A stretch of DNA of 39,731 nt from an uncultured Muribaculaceae bacterium (GTDB taxonomy: Bacteria; Bacillota_I; Bacilli_A; RF39; UBA660): positions 1 to 39,731 of the forward strand of contig CAYOUK010000001.1 in assembly GCA_964407175.1 (NCBI GenBank). The letters run 5' to 3'. A program made the translations under genes and the position numbers. Shown piece by piece: positions 15,846 to 25,435 of this stretch; the first letter of the stretch is position 1; each line of letters starts with the position of its first letter. The notes below the pieces were generated by a model, which did not search any database, was not told where the DNA came from, and saw nothing but the letters and a program-made list of their open reading frames with translations.

Positions 15846-16898
15846 ATGATAGAACATGCAAATATATTTTATTGTAAAGACATAAGTGAAATTGGTGGAG
15901 TTGAAACGTGGATATATGAGTTAGTCAAAAAATTTAAAGATTACGACATAGCAGTTGTATATAAAACAGGAAACATAAAACAACTACGAAGAATCAGGAA
16001 ATACTGCAAGACATATAAACACGACAAACAAATGATTAATTGTAAAGTGGCATTAATTAATTATGATACATCAATAATTGATTATATATGTGAAGAGGCA
16101 AAAATATATCAGGGAATTCATGCAGATTATGAAAACCCAGCATATACAATAAAACCTCCGACACATCCAAGAATAACAAGTTATATAGCGATAACAAAAT
16201 ACATCGAAGAAAGTTTTAAAAGAATAACAGGCAAGCAGAATGTTATTCAACTATATAACCCATTATCTATCGAAAAAAGAAAACCATTAGTATTAATAAG
16301 TGCAACAAGATTATCAAGAGTAAAAGGTAAAGAACGCATGGAAAAGTTAGGTCAAGCTCTCAACAAAGCAAAAATTGACTATATATGGTACGTGTTTACA
16401 AACGACAAAAAAGAGATAGATAATGAAAATATAATATACACGACACCTAGAATAGATTTAGGGTATTGGTTTGATCATGCAGATTATTTAGTACAATTAT
16501 CAGATACCGAGGGACTTTCTTATAGCATTAATGAGATGTTATACAGAAACAAGCCTGTAATAGTAACACCATTACCTTATTTGGATGAAATAGGTGTAAA
16601 AGACAATGTTAATGCTTACATCATGGAATTTGATTGTAGCAACATAGATGACATTGTTAAAAAGATTAAAAAAATACCAAAGTTTGAATTTAAGAAACTA
16701 AAAGACAACTATGAAAAACTCATATACAAAAGCAAAAGTCATTATGAAGAGGACTTAAAACAAATAGTAAAAATAAGGAGCAAACGCTCTTATAAGGACA
16801 TAGAACTAGGAAAACATTTGCCTAGAGGTCATGAATGGAGCGTATATGAAGAAAGAGCACAAGAGTTACTCGAAAAGAATTTAGTAGAAATAATATAA
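15846..16898 (+). CDS. glycosyltransferase, GT-B fold (GT4-like)
   Basis: N-terminal EIGGVETW and the E-x7-E motif SDTEGLSYSINEML. The track ORF starts at 15789 but overlaps the micro-ORF, so ATG 15846 is preferred. Confidence 0.75.
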   Translation: MIEHANIFYCKDISEIGGVETWIYELVKKFKDYDIAVVYKTGNIKQLRRIRKYCKTYKHDKQMINCKVALINYDTSIIDYICEEAKIYQGIHADYENPAYTIKPPTHPRITSYIAITKYIEESFKRITGKQNVIQLYNPLSIEKRKPLVLISATRLSRVKGKERMEKLGQALNKAKIDYIWYVFTNDKKEIDNENIIYTTPRIDLGYWFDHADYLVQLSDTEGLSYSINEMLYRNKPVIVTPLPYLDEIGVKDNVNAYIMEFDCSNIDDIVKKIKKIPKFEFKKLKDNYEKLIYKSKSHYEEDLKQIVKIRSKRSYKDIELGKHLPRGHEWSVYEERAQELLEKNLVEII

Positions 16899-16983
16899 AA
16901 ACAAGGGTCGCAAATAGAGGGAACGAGCGAACGTCTTATAAGGTCGTTGGAGGGTTGGCATGGCGTTTAAAAAAGGAGCAATT

Positions 16984-17589
16984 ATGATACCTAAAAAGAT
17001 TCATTATGTATGGTTAGGGCATGGCGAAAAAAGCGATAAAATAAAGCGTTGTATCGAAAGCTGGAAAAAATATATGCCAGATTATGAAATAGTAGAGTGG
17101 AATGAAGAAAACTTCGATATTAATTACAATGATTTTACTAGAGAAAGTTACAACAACAAAAAATATGCTTTTACTTCTGATGTTATAAGATTATATGCGT
17201 TATATACCGAGGGTGGAATTTATATGGATACTGATGTAGAAGTGTATAAGAGTTTAGATCCATTCTTAAATGAAGAGGCTTTTACTGGATTTGAAGATGT
17301 ACATTATCCAGTTACAGCAACATTAGGAGCTGAAAAAGGTAACCCAGTTATAAAAATGATGTTAGATTATTATAATTGCATAGACTTTAAAATGTATGAT
17401 GTATGGACTGATTATATTAAGTATCAAGAAACTAATACTTGCATAATGTCTAATATCTTAGAACTATTAGGAATAGATAGAGATAAAAATGAAGAACAAC
17501 ATATAAAACATTTTAGTGTATACCCTAGAAGTTATTTCTTTACAAAAGATGAGGGTTATACATGGCATAGTTTTACGGGAAGTTGGTAA
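16984..17589 (+). CDS. glycosyltransferase, GT32-like (DXD sugar-binding region)
   Basis: IPKKIHYVWLG...YAFTSDVIRLYALYTEGGIYMDTDVEV matches the Gly_transf_sug/Och1/TcdB-type motif. ATG 16984 follows AAGGAG, whereas the track start is 16960. Confidence 0.75.
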   Translation: MIPKKIHYVWLGHGEKSDKIKRCIESWKKYMPDYEIVEWNEENFDINYNDFTRESYNNKKYAFTSDVIRLYALYTEGGIYMDTDVEVYKSLDPFLNEEAFTGFEDVHYPVTATLGAEKGNPVIKMMLDYYNCIDFKMYDVWTDYIKYQETNTCIMSNILELLGIDRDKNEEQHIKHFSVYPRSYFFTKDEGYTWHSFTGSW

Positions 17590-17601
17590 AGAGGTGATAT
17601 A

Positions 17602-17976
17602 GTGGCAAGTACAGTACCAAACAATGAAGCAACACAGTTTCAAGCAGGTGCAGAACAGGTAGAGATAGCAAGAAAAGGTGGAATAGCCAGTGGAGAAGCT
17701 AGAAGAGAAAATGCCATGATGCGTAAAACCCTAGAAATGATGCTAGAAAAGAAATATAAAGACCAGGGTACATATAAAGACAATGTGGCGCTTGGTTTAA
17801 TAGCCAATGCAATAGATAAGTCTAAAGGTGGTAACCCAGAGGCTTATAAAGTAATAGCTAAAATGCTTGGTGAGTTGGATGTAAACGAAGAAACAAAAGA
17901 AACTCCAAGTGTAACAATAAATGTAGTTAATAATGAAGAATTAGAAAAATATATGTATGAAAGCGAGGAAAAATAA
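17602..17976 (+). CDS. putative terminase small subunit (positional call)
   Basis: GTG start after AGAGGTG, 124 aa. It has a basic KGGIASGEARR motif and lies upstream of terminase large (TerL). Confidence 0.35.
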   Translation: MASTVPNNEATQFQAGAEQVEIARKGGIASGEARRENAMMRKTLEMMLEKKYKDQGTYKDNVALGLIANAIDKSKGGNPEAYKVIAKMLGELDVNEETKETPSVTINVVNNEELEKYMYESEEK

Positions 17977-18213
17977 ATGGAATTCATAAAACTAGGCAAA
18001 AGATGGTTAGTTAAAAATAGTGGTGGCAGAATAGTATCAGAAAAAGAAAAGCTAGAACTAGAAAATAAAGAGCTAGTATTAAAAGACATTAAATCTAATG
18101 ACTGCCAAAAAGAAACTACTAAAAAGATAAGCAAAAACAAAAAGAAAATAAAAGCACTTCAAGAAGAGGTGCAAGATGATATTATCGAAGAAGCAGATAC
18201 AATTAAGGAATGA
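17977..18213 (+). CDS. hypothetical lysine-rich protein
   Basis: 78 aa. It overlaps the TerL start by 38 nt. Confidence 0.45.
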   Translation: MEFIKLGKRWLVKNSGGRIVSEKEKLELENKELVLKDIKSNDCQKETTKKISKNKKKIKALQEEVQDDIIEEADTIKE

Positions 18214-19567
18214 TATAATAAGCCCTAATATACCTAACATAAGTGTATTGGGTTCGGTACAAAGTGGTAAAACTTATGATATATGTGGTGCATTAATAGA
18301 ATATGCTCAAGCCCTTAAAAACTATGAAAAACAAGAACGTGAAAAAGAGGGTTATATTGAAAGAGAATATGCAGGAGCTATTATAGGATGGACTACCGAT
18401 ACTATTAAATCTAATATAGTTGATAATATAGTAAACATACTTGAAAAGGAATATGGTTTTAGAAACGGTAAAGAGTATGTATTAAAGTACGGTCAACAGG
18501 ACAAGTATCTAGAAATATATAACATGAAGTTTTACTTTTTTGGGTTTAATAGCAAGTTATCGTTTAATAAGATACTTGGTAAGCCATTAATATTCGTTTG
18601 GTGCGATGAAAGTGCAAGGATATACACGCAGGGACAATTAAGAGAAAGTTATGATGAATTAATCGGTAGAATGATAAGTTATGCAGGGCATCCATATTAC
18701 AAGAGAATAGATAGTTTCAATGTAGAGGGTTCACAAAACCACCCTTACAAAAAAGTATATGTAGATGGTAACGAGTGGAAAAAGTATGTGTTCTACCCGT
18801 TTGATAACCCTGTATTAGATACAGAAGAAAAGATAAAACAAGTAGTAAACTCTTTTCCTGATGGTTCATTAAGAAAACAAAAGATATTTAATCAATGGGT
18901 GGTAGCAGAGGGAAAAGTCTTTAATCATATACCTAGGATGACTGAAGAAGAGCTAAAAGAAAAGTATGTTATAAGAGAAATAGGTATAGGGTGCGACTAT
19001 GGTAGTACAAACCCTACGACCTTTAGTGCAGTAGCACTAGCACAGAACCAAGAAACAAGATTATGGAATCTAGTTTTATTAGACAAGTATTATCATGATC
19101 CTAGCATAGAGGGTGATGTCCCTACTACTGAATACTATTCGGGGCAGTTAAAAGCATTTGTGGAGTACTTGCATAATAAATATAAGCATATACCTATCAA
19201 TACACTTGTTATAGATAGTGAGGCAAGTCATTTTAGTAACAGACTAACGGTTGATGGCGTAAGACATGAACTTGCTAAAAAGAATAATATAAGCGTGGAT
19301 GAAAGCGTCCAGTATATGCAAAGTTTATTCTATAAAGAGTTTCTAAAGATAATTGAGATGCCTCATATAAGATATTTTGTGAACAAAGAACCTGTATATG
19401 GGGGACATGATATAGGTCTAGAAGAACTAGAGAGTTATCATTATGACAAGCTAAAAAGTGAAAAAGAGGGCATAAACGCCTATGTTAAAGATTTCGACCA
19501 TTATGTTGATGGAACAAGATATATCATAATGGAGTTTATGTATACAGGGAGGGCTCCTGTAATATGA
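18176..19567 (+). CDS. terL: terminase large subunit
   Basis: Walker A GSVQSGKTY, Walker B-like IFVWCDE, and a C-terminal nuclease region (IGCDYGSTNPT...DSE...D). Resembles PBSX/SPP1-type TerL. Confidence 0.85.
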   Translation: MILSKKQIQLRNDIISPNIPNISVLGSVQSGKTYDICGALIEYAQALKNYEKQEREKEGYIEREYAGAIIGWTTDTIKSNIVDNIVNILEKEYGFRNGKEYVLKYGQQDKYLEIYNMKFYFFGFNSKLSFNKILGKPLIFVWCDESARIYTQGQLRESYDELIGRMISYAGHPYYKRIDSFNVEGSQNHPYKKVYVDGNEWKKYVFYPFDNPVLDTEEKIKQVVNSFPDGSLRKQKIFNQWVVAEGKVFNHIPRMTEEELKEKYVIREIGIGCDYGSTNPTTFSAVALAQNQETRLWNLVLLDKYYHDPSIEGDVPTTEYYSGQLKAFVEYLHNKYKHIPINTLVIDSEASHFSNRLTVDGVRHELAKKNNISVDESVQYMQSLFYKEFLKIIEMPHIRYFVNKEPVYGGHDIGLEELESYHYDKLKSEKEGINAYVKDFDHYVDGTRYIIMEFMYTGRAPVI

Positions 19568-19833
19568 TTATTAAATGCAAAAAGACACATAGGTTCTTAT
19601 GTAAGATTAACATCGAAGAGTATCTTAAAAATCTTGAGGGCTTGGGAATAAGTCAGGAACTACCTTTAATGTTATCTATACCATGTAAGAATTGTAAGAA
19701 GATAGAAGTATATGAGGTATACAAAGACCATTATATATTCAAAGAAAATGAGGTGCCAAAAATGAAGTGTCATGACACCTCAAAAGTTGGTACTTCAAAT
19801 ATTCCAAAAAGTATTATAATTAAGAGGAATTGA
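19564..19833 (+). CDS. hypothetical Cys-rich (zinc-ribbon-like) protein
   Basis: C5, C13 ... C41-x2-C44 pattern. Lies between TerL and portal. Hairpin motif copy B lies in its 3' end. Confidence 0.5.
   Translation: MIIKCKKTHRFLCKINIEEYLKNLEGLGISQELPLMLSIPCKNCKKIEVYEVYKDHYIFKENEVPKMKCHDTSKVGTSNIPKSIIIKRN
19764..19796 (+). other. hairpin motif copy B (homologous to the terminator hairpin at 14255..14287)
   Basis: gaagtgtca / tggtacttc stem. About 34 of 40 aligned positions match copy A, including one compensatory G-C to A-T pair change. Confidence 0.55.
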
Positions 19834-19865
19834 AGTGCAATTTGGGCTGAATAAGTCGCAAAAGG

Positions 19866-19899
19866 AAGCACATACCTTGGAAAGAGGGTGTGCTTTTTT
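19866..19899 (+). terminator. rho-independent terminator
   Basis: aagcaca...tgtgctt stem followed by a T6 run. It overlaps the first codons of the track ORF at 19888. Confidence 0.6.
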
Positions 19900-20166
19900 A
19901 TGTTTGAAAAACTAAAAGCAAGATATAAAAATCGTAAATGGAAAATGTATCTATTCTATAATGGCATACTCATTAAAAAAATAAGAGTAAGAAACGTTGA
20001 TGATATAGATAGCATCTATTTAAGAGTTATAGGTCATAAAGAGCTATTTCATAATGAGTGCGTTGGAATAGTAGTAAGACCAAGCAGATTACTAAAGACT
20101 GATGAGGTCAAGAGAAAAACCTACTGGGGTGTAGTACTCGAGATGGGAGTGGAAATAAATGATTAA
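19900..20166 (+). CDS. hypothetical protein
   Basis: Start moved from 19888 to ATG 19900, just past the terminator hairpin. The stop overlaps the portal start. Confidence 0.45.
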   Translation: MFEKLKARYKNRKWKMYLFYNGILIKKIRVRNVDDIDSIYLRVIGHKELFHNECVGIVVRPSRLLKTDEVKRKTYWGVVLEMGVEIND

Positions 20167-21505
20167 GGGAAGTATTAGAGCACATGAATTATTGCAGTCA
20201 CCTTTTATCAGAATAAAAGCAAAGGTTACATTGCCAGGTACAACTAATGGGATGCCAAATATTAAATATGAAGATAGATATGTGATAGCTCCTAGTGCAA
20301 AGAAAATTGCCACTTATATAAGAAACCAGTTATTCGGTTCTGATTTAGTAACACAAACTGATGGTTTAGATGTTAACTGGATCATGCCAACATTAGGTGA
20401 AGCGTTAGAAGAGGCAATATATGACAAAGAAGCGTTCATATACATTCATAAATTTGGAGACAAAGTATACCTAGAATGTATCAGAAAAAAAGACATACAT
20501 AATTTAGAGCAAAAATACGACAAGATTATTAGATGTGATATCATCCAAGATTTTGAGGGTGAAGAGGCTGATTATAGTCTTAAAAGACATATCGAGATTA
20601 AGGGTGATGGAACATCAGTTATTACTTTCAAGGCTTATGAAAAGAAACATAAAGATAAAGACTGGGTAGAGATGCCTTTATGGAAGTTCAATAAGATAAC
20701 TGAAAGCAATTATAAAGATATATACAATTTACCTTATGAGCCTATTATTAATATCGATATAGGTCAGGACTTTTTCAAAGATAGTGAAAAGTTCATTAAT
20801 CAAGAAATGATTGTATTCAATACTCTAGCAGAGGAAATTGAAAAGACAAAAACAAGAATCGTTACTACTCAACATTATCAAAGTGGAGATATATCAAGTG
20901 CGTGGTCTCCTGCATCTAACATATATGATGTTAAGACTATCGAAGTTAATCACATAAAAGATTATTTCACTTTATTACCTGGAGATAGAGAGCACCAAAT
21001 GTTCGAATTCTTACAGGGTGATATAAGAGTTCAACAATACATAGATACGTTTAAGTTTTGCGATTATCAAATAATACAAATGGCAAATTTAAGCCCTGCT
21101 ACTTTTGGTTATGAAAAAGACACATATCAAAATGTGGCAAGTATAGACTTAAATGCTAATACAACTGAAATGACTGTTGAGGCAATAAAGAAACAAATAG
21201 AGCCTCAAATCAATAAATTAATCGAGAATATAGTCAAGTTACAACAAAGTCAGGGAATAACAATAAATGCTATACCTAGCGAGATTATATGGGACTATGG
21301 TTCAAATGAAAGATTTGATGATATGAAGAAGTTGGATGTATTGTCTAAAGTTCAAAGAACATCAATGGTTCCTTATAGCATAAGAGCAAAAATAATCACA
21401 CCAATACTAAATAAATTAATAGATGAAAAGACTGACGAGGAAAGTCTTATCAAAGCTTATAAAGAAGAAGAGAAAGATATAAATATAAGTTATGAAGAAT
21501 TCTAA
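20159..21505 (+). CDS. portal protein (SPP1 gp6-like by position and size)
   Basis: 448 aa. Lies downstream of TerL and upstream of the MuF-like head protein. Confidence 0.7.
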   Translation: MIKGSIRAHELLQSPFIRIKAKVTLPGTTNGMPNIKYEDRYVIAPSAKKIATYIRNQLFGSDLVTQTDGLDVNWIMPTLGEALEEAIYDKEAFIYIHKFGDKVYLECIRKKDIHNLEQKYDKIIRCDIIQDFEGEEADYSLKRHIEIKGDGTSVITFKAYEKKHKDKDWVEMPLWKFNKITESNYKDIYNLPYEPIINIDIGQDFFKDSEKFINQEMIVFNTLAEEIEKTKTRIVTTQHYQSGDISSAWSPASNIYDVKTIEVNHIKDYFTLLPGDREHQMFEFLQGDIRVQQYIDTFKFCDYQIIQMANLSPATFGYEKDTYQNVASIDLNANTTEMTVEAIKKQIEPQINKLIENIVKLQQSQGITINAIPSEIIWDYGSNERFDDMKKLDVLSKVQRTSMVPYSIRAKIITPILNKLIDEKTDEESLIKAYKEEEKDINISYEEF

Positions 21506-22487
21506 CGAATACATTAATAAAAGTGTTTTTAAAGTAAATCAAGATTATACCGAATTACAGAATAAAACGAAAGAATTATTCTTTAAGTGTTTAAATGAGG
21601 GGAGAGATGTTGATTATTTTGAAAAGAAGTTAGAAAAGATATGGGGGAAAGCACCTCATGATTATTTAGTAAGTGCTTTAAATGAATATTCGGAGATTAT
21701 ACATGAGAATAATATGGAGATGTTACAGGAAACCGAATATGGCGAGAATAACGAAAAAGCAATAACAAGTTTCTTGCTTATGGCATCGGCATTGCTGATA
21801 TTAAAGACCGAAAAGAAGTTGAAAGAATATAACGTAACACAATATAAAAAGACTTTAAAATCACCCGTGTATAAAAGCAATAAGACTGAATATTTATCAA
21901 AAAAAGTTGAAAAGTACAATGACAAGTTAGTTCCTTATTACTCTAAAGGTAAAGTTATAAGACACGTAGAGGCAAGTACGTATTGTTCTATGATACATAA
22001 CACTAATATGACAAGAGTAGCTTGGAATACGACTTTAAATGATGCTGATGATTTAGGTTATATAAATTTCTATATACCATATCACCCATTCAGTTGCGAT
22101 GAATGTAGATGGCATCAGAATAGGGTTATGACTAAAGAAGAAGTTATAGACCTAGTAGGTGAGTTAGATGAAAGACATGGAGATATATTACATCCTAACT
22201 GCAAGTGCGAGTTGCTGATATATAGACCAGGCGTAGCGTTTAACACACCATCGTTTAGTGATAGTGAATTAAACGAACAGTATCACATTAGACAAAAATT
22301 AAATAGTTTAACACTAGAGAAATCTAAAATCGCTAGTGATATGAAAATACAAAAAGGTTTAAGTGCTTTTGATGAATACGACAAGTTAAATCAAAAAAGA
22401 AACAAGATAAACAAAAGCATTAGAGAATTACAGGAACAACTGCCAACTAGATCATTGCAGAAACAAGCAGTAGCCATATACAGATAG
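21492..22487 (+). CDS. minor head protein (SPP1 gp7 / Mu F-like)
   Basis: Characteristic HPNCKCEL motif. Follows the portal gene. Coiled-coil C-terminus. Confidence 0.75.
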   Translation: MKNSNEYINKSVFKVNQDYTELQNKTKELFFKCLNEGRDVDYFEKKLEKIWGKAPHDYLVSALNEYSEIIHENNMEMLQETEYGENNEKAITSFLLMASALLILKTEKKLKEYNVTQYKKTLKSPVYKSNKTEYLSKKVEKYNDKLVPYYSKGKVIRHVEASTYCSMIHNTNMTRVAWNTTLNDADDLGYINFYIPYHPFSCDECRWHQNRVMTKEEVIDLVGELDERHGDILHPNCKCELLIYRPGVAFNTPSFSDSELNEQYHIRQKLNSLTLEKSKIASDMKIQKGLSAFDEYDKLNQKRNKINKSIRELQEQLPTRSLQKQAVAIYR

Positions 22488-22573
22488 ACCAGGACTTGAA
22501 TGTCTTTAAACTTTAAGCAAAAGGTACCAAAATTTGCACTTCTCTTTAAATTCTAGATTATGGAGGAGAAAAA

Positions 22574-23095
22574 ATGGATATTGTTAAATATCGAAAAAAC
22601 AAGGAACTCGAGATATCCAATGATGATTTTGACATCGAAAAACTCGAGAAAGATGCCAGAAAAGGTTATGTTTTATCAAGCGAAGTTGATGAAGCTAGAC
22701 AAGAGGCTATGAAAGAAGCAACTAACAAATATGTTGAGTTGGAATCTAAATACAATGACCTCGAGAAAAGTTACAATGACTTGCAAGAGAAAAATGTAGC
22801 AATGAATGGTGAAAAAAATGGTTTGAAGCTACAAGTTGAAATGATGGATCTAGGTTTCCCTAGAGATAAGTTTGAAGAGGTTTCAAAGTTAAGAAGTAGT
22901 TTATATGCTGATGAAAAAGACGATGCAAAAGCATTAGGGCTTATTAAAGAAAATTTCAACGGTACATATTTTCCTAAAACTGAAGAAACTAAAGCAGACG
23001 TTCCTGATGAAACAAAGTTTAGTGGAGAACCTACTAAAACACACGAGATTAATGTAACTCGTAAAACAAGTTTAAGAGACTTGCTAAAGAAATAA
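22574..23095 (+). CDS. scaffolding protein
   Basis: 173 aa, highly charged coiled coil, immediately upstream of the capsid gene. Confidence 0.7.
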   Translation: MDIVKYRKNKELEISNDDFDIEKLEKDARKGYVLSSEVDEARQEAMKEATNKYVELESKYNDLEKSYNDLQEKNVAMNGEKNGLKLQVEMMDLGFPRDKFEEVSKLRSSLYADEKDDAKALGLIKENFNGTYFPKTEETKADVPDETKFSGEPTKTHEINVTRKTSLRDLLKK

Positions 23096-23110
23096 GAAAG
23101 GAAATGAATT

Positions 23111-23971
23111 ATGAATTATACACAATCAGGTGTTTATCAATTAGATTTACAAGGTGTTGCAAAAAGAATATATAACTCACTTCTTTATCGTTCAACATTT
23201 TATAAATTCTTAAACCCTAATTACATTGGAGAATTAAGAAACACAGGAACTCCAATGATAGAAGTATTAAAATCAGGAGATGCAACAGTAAATGTTAGAG
23301 AAACAAAAGAAATTACTACTGCATTAACTCCAGGTCTATTAGGTTATAGTTCAGTAAAAGTTGACTTAACTGATTTACCTATGGACTATTCTATTAGAAT
23401 ACCTGTACTAGTAGCAGGAACAAACTTTATTAATACACTAGAAGATGCTATGGACAAGAAAGACCAAGCAGTAGCAAGTGAAATCGATGCTTATGGTTTC
23501 GGAATGCTTGCAGAAGAAGTTACTGAAGAAGCTGAATGGGCTCCAGCAGACCAAGCAGGTTATATTAGTACATTAAATAGCCTAAAAGCAACTCTATTCA
23601 ATAACAATGTTTATGAAGATTATAGACTAGGACTTGCTGCAACTGAATATGCTAGTTTATCATCAGCTTTAACATCTATTCTTAAATATGAAACTGAAGT
23701 TGGTGTTAAAGGTGTAGATATGGGAACAGTTGACGAAGCATACGGAGTTCAAATATTCCCTATCAACGATAGCGTAATATCAGGAGTTAAAGGTTACTTC
23801 TATAACCCACTAGCAGTAGTTGGTGATACATTCTTCGACAGCTTTGTAGAATACAATGGCAACTACCCAGGTTTCCCAGGTTACTATGTAATGGAAGGTA
23901 ACATTATGTTCGGAGCTAAAGTAGTAGAAGAAAAAGCTATTCTTAAATTAGTAGAAGAAGTATCAGCTTAA
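23111..23971 (+). CDS. major capsid protein
   Basis: 286 aa. Lies after the scaffold gene, has a strong RBS and uses high-expression-like codons. Confidence 0.75.
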   Translation: MNYTQSGVYQLDLQGVAKRIYNSLLYRSTFYKFLNPNYIGELRNTGTPMIEVLKSGDATVNVRETKEITTALTPGLLGYSSVKVDLTDLPMDYSIRIPVLVAGTNFINTLEDAMDKKDQAVASEIDAYGFGMLAEEVTEEAEWAPADQAGYISTLNSLKATLFNNNVYEDYRLGLAATEYASLSSALTSILKYETEVGVKGVDMGTVDEAYGVQIFPINDSVISGVKGYFYNPLAVVGDTFFDSFVEYNGNYPGFPGYYVMEGNIMFGAKVVEEKAILKLVEEVSA

Positions 23972-23990
23972 TAAGAGGGGAGGTCTTTAA

Positions 23991-24365
23991 ATGACTTTCT
24001 TTTCCTCAAATGATTTTGAAGAAAAATATAATATTGAATTGCCAGAAAACGATACATGGAAAATAGAGGCATCATGCATAATGATTTATAGTCAGGTAGG
24101 ACTTAACTATCGTAACCCTAATTGGGATGAAGATAGTGTCCCTCCTGCTATAAAAAATGCTTCTATGGAGCAATTAAGATTTATGTATGAATATGATATT
24201 CCTTTTATTGATTATAAAGGGAAAGTAGAAGCAGGAGAAATGAAGAGCGAGTTTAAAACTAAATATTCTACTCTTGCTTTGCAAATGTTAGCAAATGCAG
24301 GTTATCTATATAGAGGTGTTCCTCTAAATCAAAATATGGGTATTAATCTAACTTGGAGTGAGTAA
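23991..24365 (+). CDS. head-tail connector (gp6/gp15-like adaptor)
   Basis: Position and size (124 aa) in the head-completion block. Confidence 0.5.
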   Translation: MTFFSSNDFEEKYNIELPENDTWKIEASCIMIYSQVGLNYRNPNWDEDSVPPAIKNASMEQLRFMYEYDIPFIDYKGKVEAGEMKSEFKTKYSTLALQMLANAGYLYRGVPLNQNMGINLTWSE

Positions 24366-24667
24366 TGTATATCACTAATGGAATACCTGCTACTTTGACA
24401 CAAAATAATAGAGGTAGCAGTAAGTATTATGACGACCAAGACAAAAGAAATGTTGATGTGGTTGTATGCCCTTATAACGTAGACCAGGATGTTAGATTTG
24501 GAATCTATACCGTGCCAGAGGCAACAGGTTATTACATTCTAAAAAACTGCGTAGATGTTAAAGAGGGAGACCAATTAGTGTTTAATGGTAGAACATACTC
24601 AATATTAAGAGTAAAAGATAACTGGATATGGAATAAAATTGCCAATTTTACGGTGGCAGTTAAATGA
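24365..24667 (+). CDS. head closure protein
   Basis: 100 aa, coupled start (TAATG), in the neck module. Confidence 0.5.
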   Translation: MYITNGIPATLTQNNRGSSKYYDDQDKRNVDVVVCPYNVDQDVRFGIYTVPEATGYYILKNCVDVKEGDQLVFNGRTYSILRVKDNWIWNKIANFTVAVK

Positions 24668-25014
24668 AAGTTGATGTTAAATTCATAAAGCCGATACCTA
24701 AAGAACAAATAGATAGATTTATGGATCGCACGGTTCATAACGTAGCAAGAATAACTTTAGATGGCACAAGAGATGCAAATCACGTCCCATGGTTAACAGG
24801 CAATATGTCTAGAGATTTACTAGGCAGAGGCGTAGTTGGTGGAAATGCTGAATACTCGTTAGGGTATACATCAAAAGCAGATTATGCTCCATTTGTTTAT
24901 AGGATGAATGGTGTTAGATGGACTAATATATTAAGTTATTCTCAATGGTATCATACTTATTTCAAATACAACAATGCGTGGATCACATCTAACGCAGTAG
25001 TCAGGGCGTTGTAA
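24664..25014 (+). CDS. neck / tail-completion protein (HK97 gp10-like)
   Basis: 116 aa. TGNMSRDL...YAPFVY resembles the gp10 family. Lies in the neck module. Confidence 0.5.
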   Translation: MKVDVKFIKPIPKEQIDRFMDRTVHNVARITLDGTRDANHVPWLTGNMSRDLLGRGVVGGNAEYSLGYTSKADYAPFVYRMNGVRWTNILSYSQWYHTYFKYNNAWITSNAVVRAL

Positions 25015-25019
25015 GAGAT

Positions 25020-25424
25020 ATGACAGAACAAGATATTAAAAACAAAAATTTGGTTGTAATAGATTATTTAAATTCAATTATCAATGACTATGAAATTAAA
25101 GCTGAGTATTCTACTAACGATAATGATATAAATGTTATCGTAGTTCAAGAGGATGCAGGGCAAAAAGTAGTTTTTTATGATAGTGATAACCCTTTATTCA
25201 ATTATTACAATGTAAATATATATGGTGATAGTATCAAGTCAGAAAAAGATACCAGCGTTACTATCGGGCAGTTAATAGGTAAAAGTGTAAATGTTGAGTT
25301 TAAAAATCAAACATGGCAAATAATCTTCATGCAAATGTCTAACCCTAGAGCAATAGAGTATATGGACATACGTAGAGTTGCATATACTACCACTTTAAAA
25401 TGTATCGTTAATAGAGTGGCATAG
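25020..25424 (+). CDS. tail terminator / tail completion protein
   Basis: 134 aa, immediately upstream of the tube gene. Confidence 0.45.
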   Translation: MTEQDIKNKNLVVIDYLNSIINDYEIKAEYSTNDNDINVIVVQEDAGQKVVFYDSDNPLFNYYNVNIYGDSIKSEKDTSVTIGQLIGKSVNVEFKNQTWQIIFMQMSNPRAIEYMDIRRVAYTTTLKCIVNRVA

Positions 25425-25435
25425 AAAGGGAAAAA

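Noticed and set aside
16899-16983. GC-rich spacer between the two glycosyltransferase genes as a small RNA or tRNA fragment
   Set aside because: I found only an 8-bp palindrome (cttataag) and a 4-bp stem. There is no convincing fold or tRNA anticodon arm. It is noted within the glycosyltransferase finding only.
19832-19845. gaagtgcaatttgg resembling the reverse complement of 22527..22542 (gaagtgcaaattttgg)
   Set aside because: Only a 9-nt exact core with two indels is shared. A match of this size is expected by chance among all possible pairs in about 80 kb of two-strand sequence.
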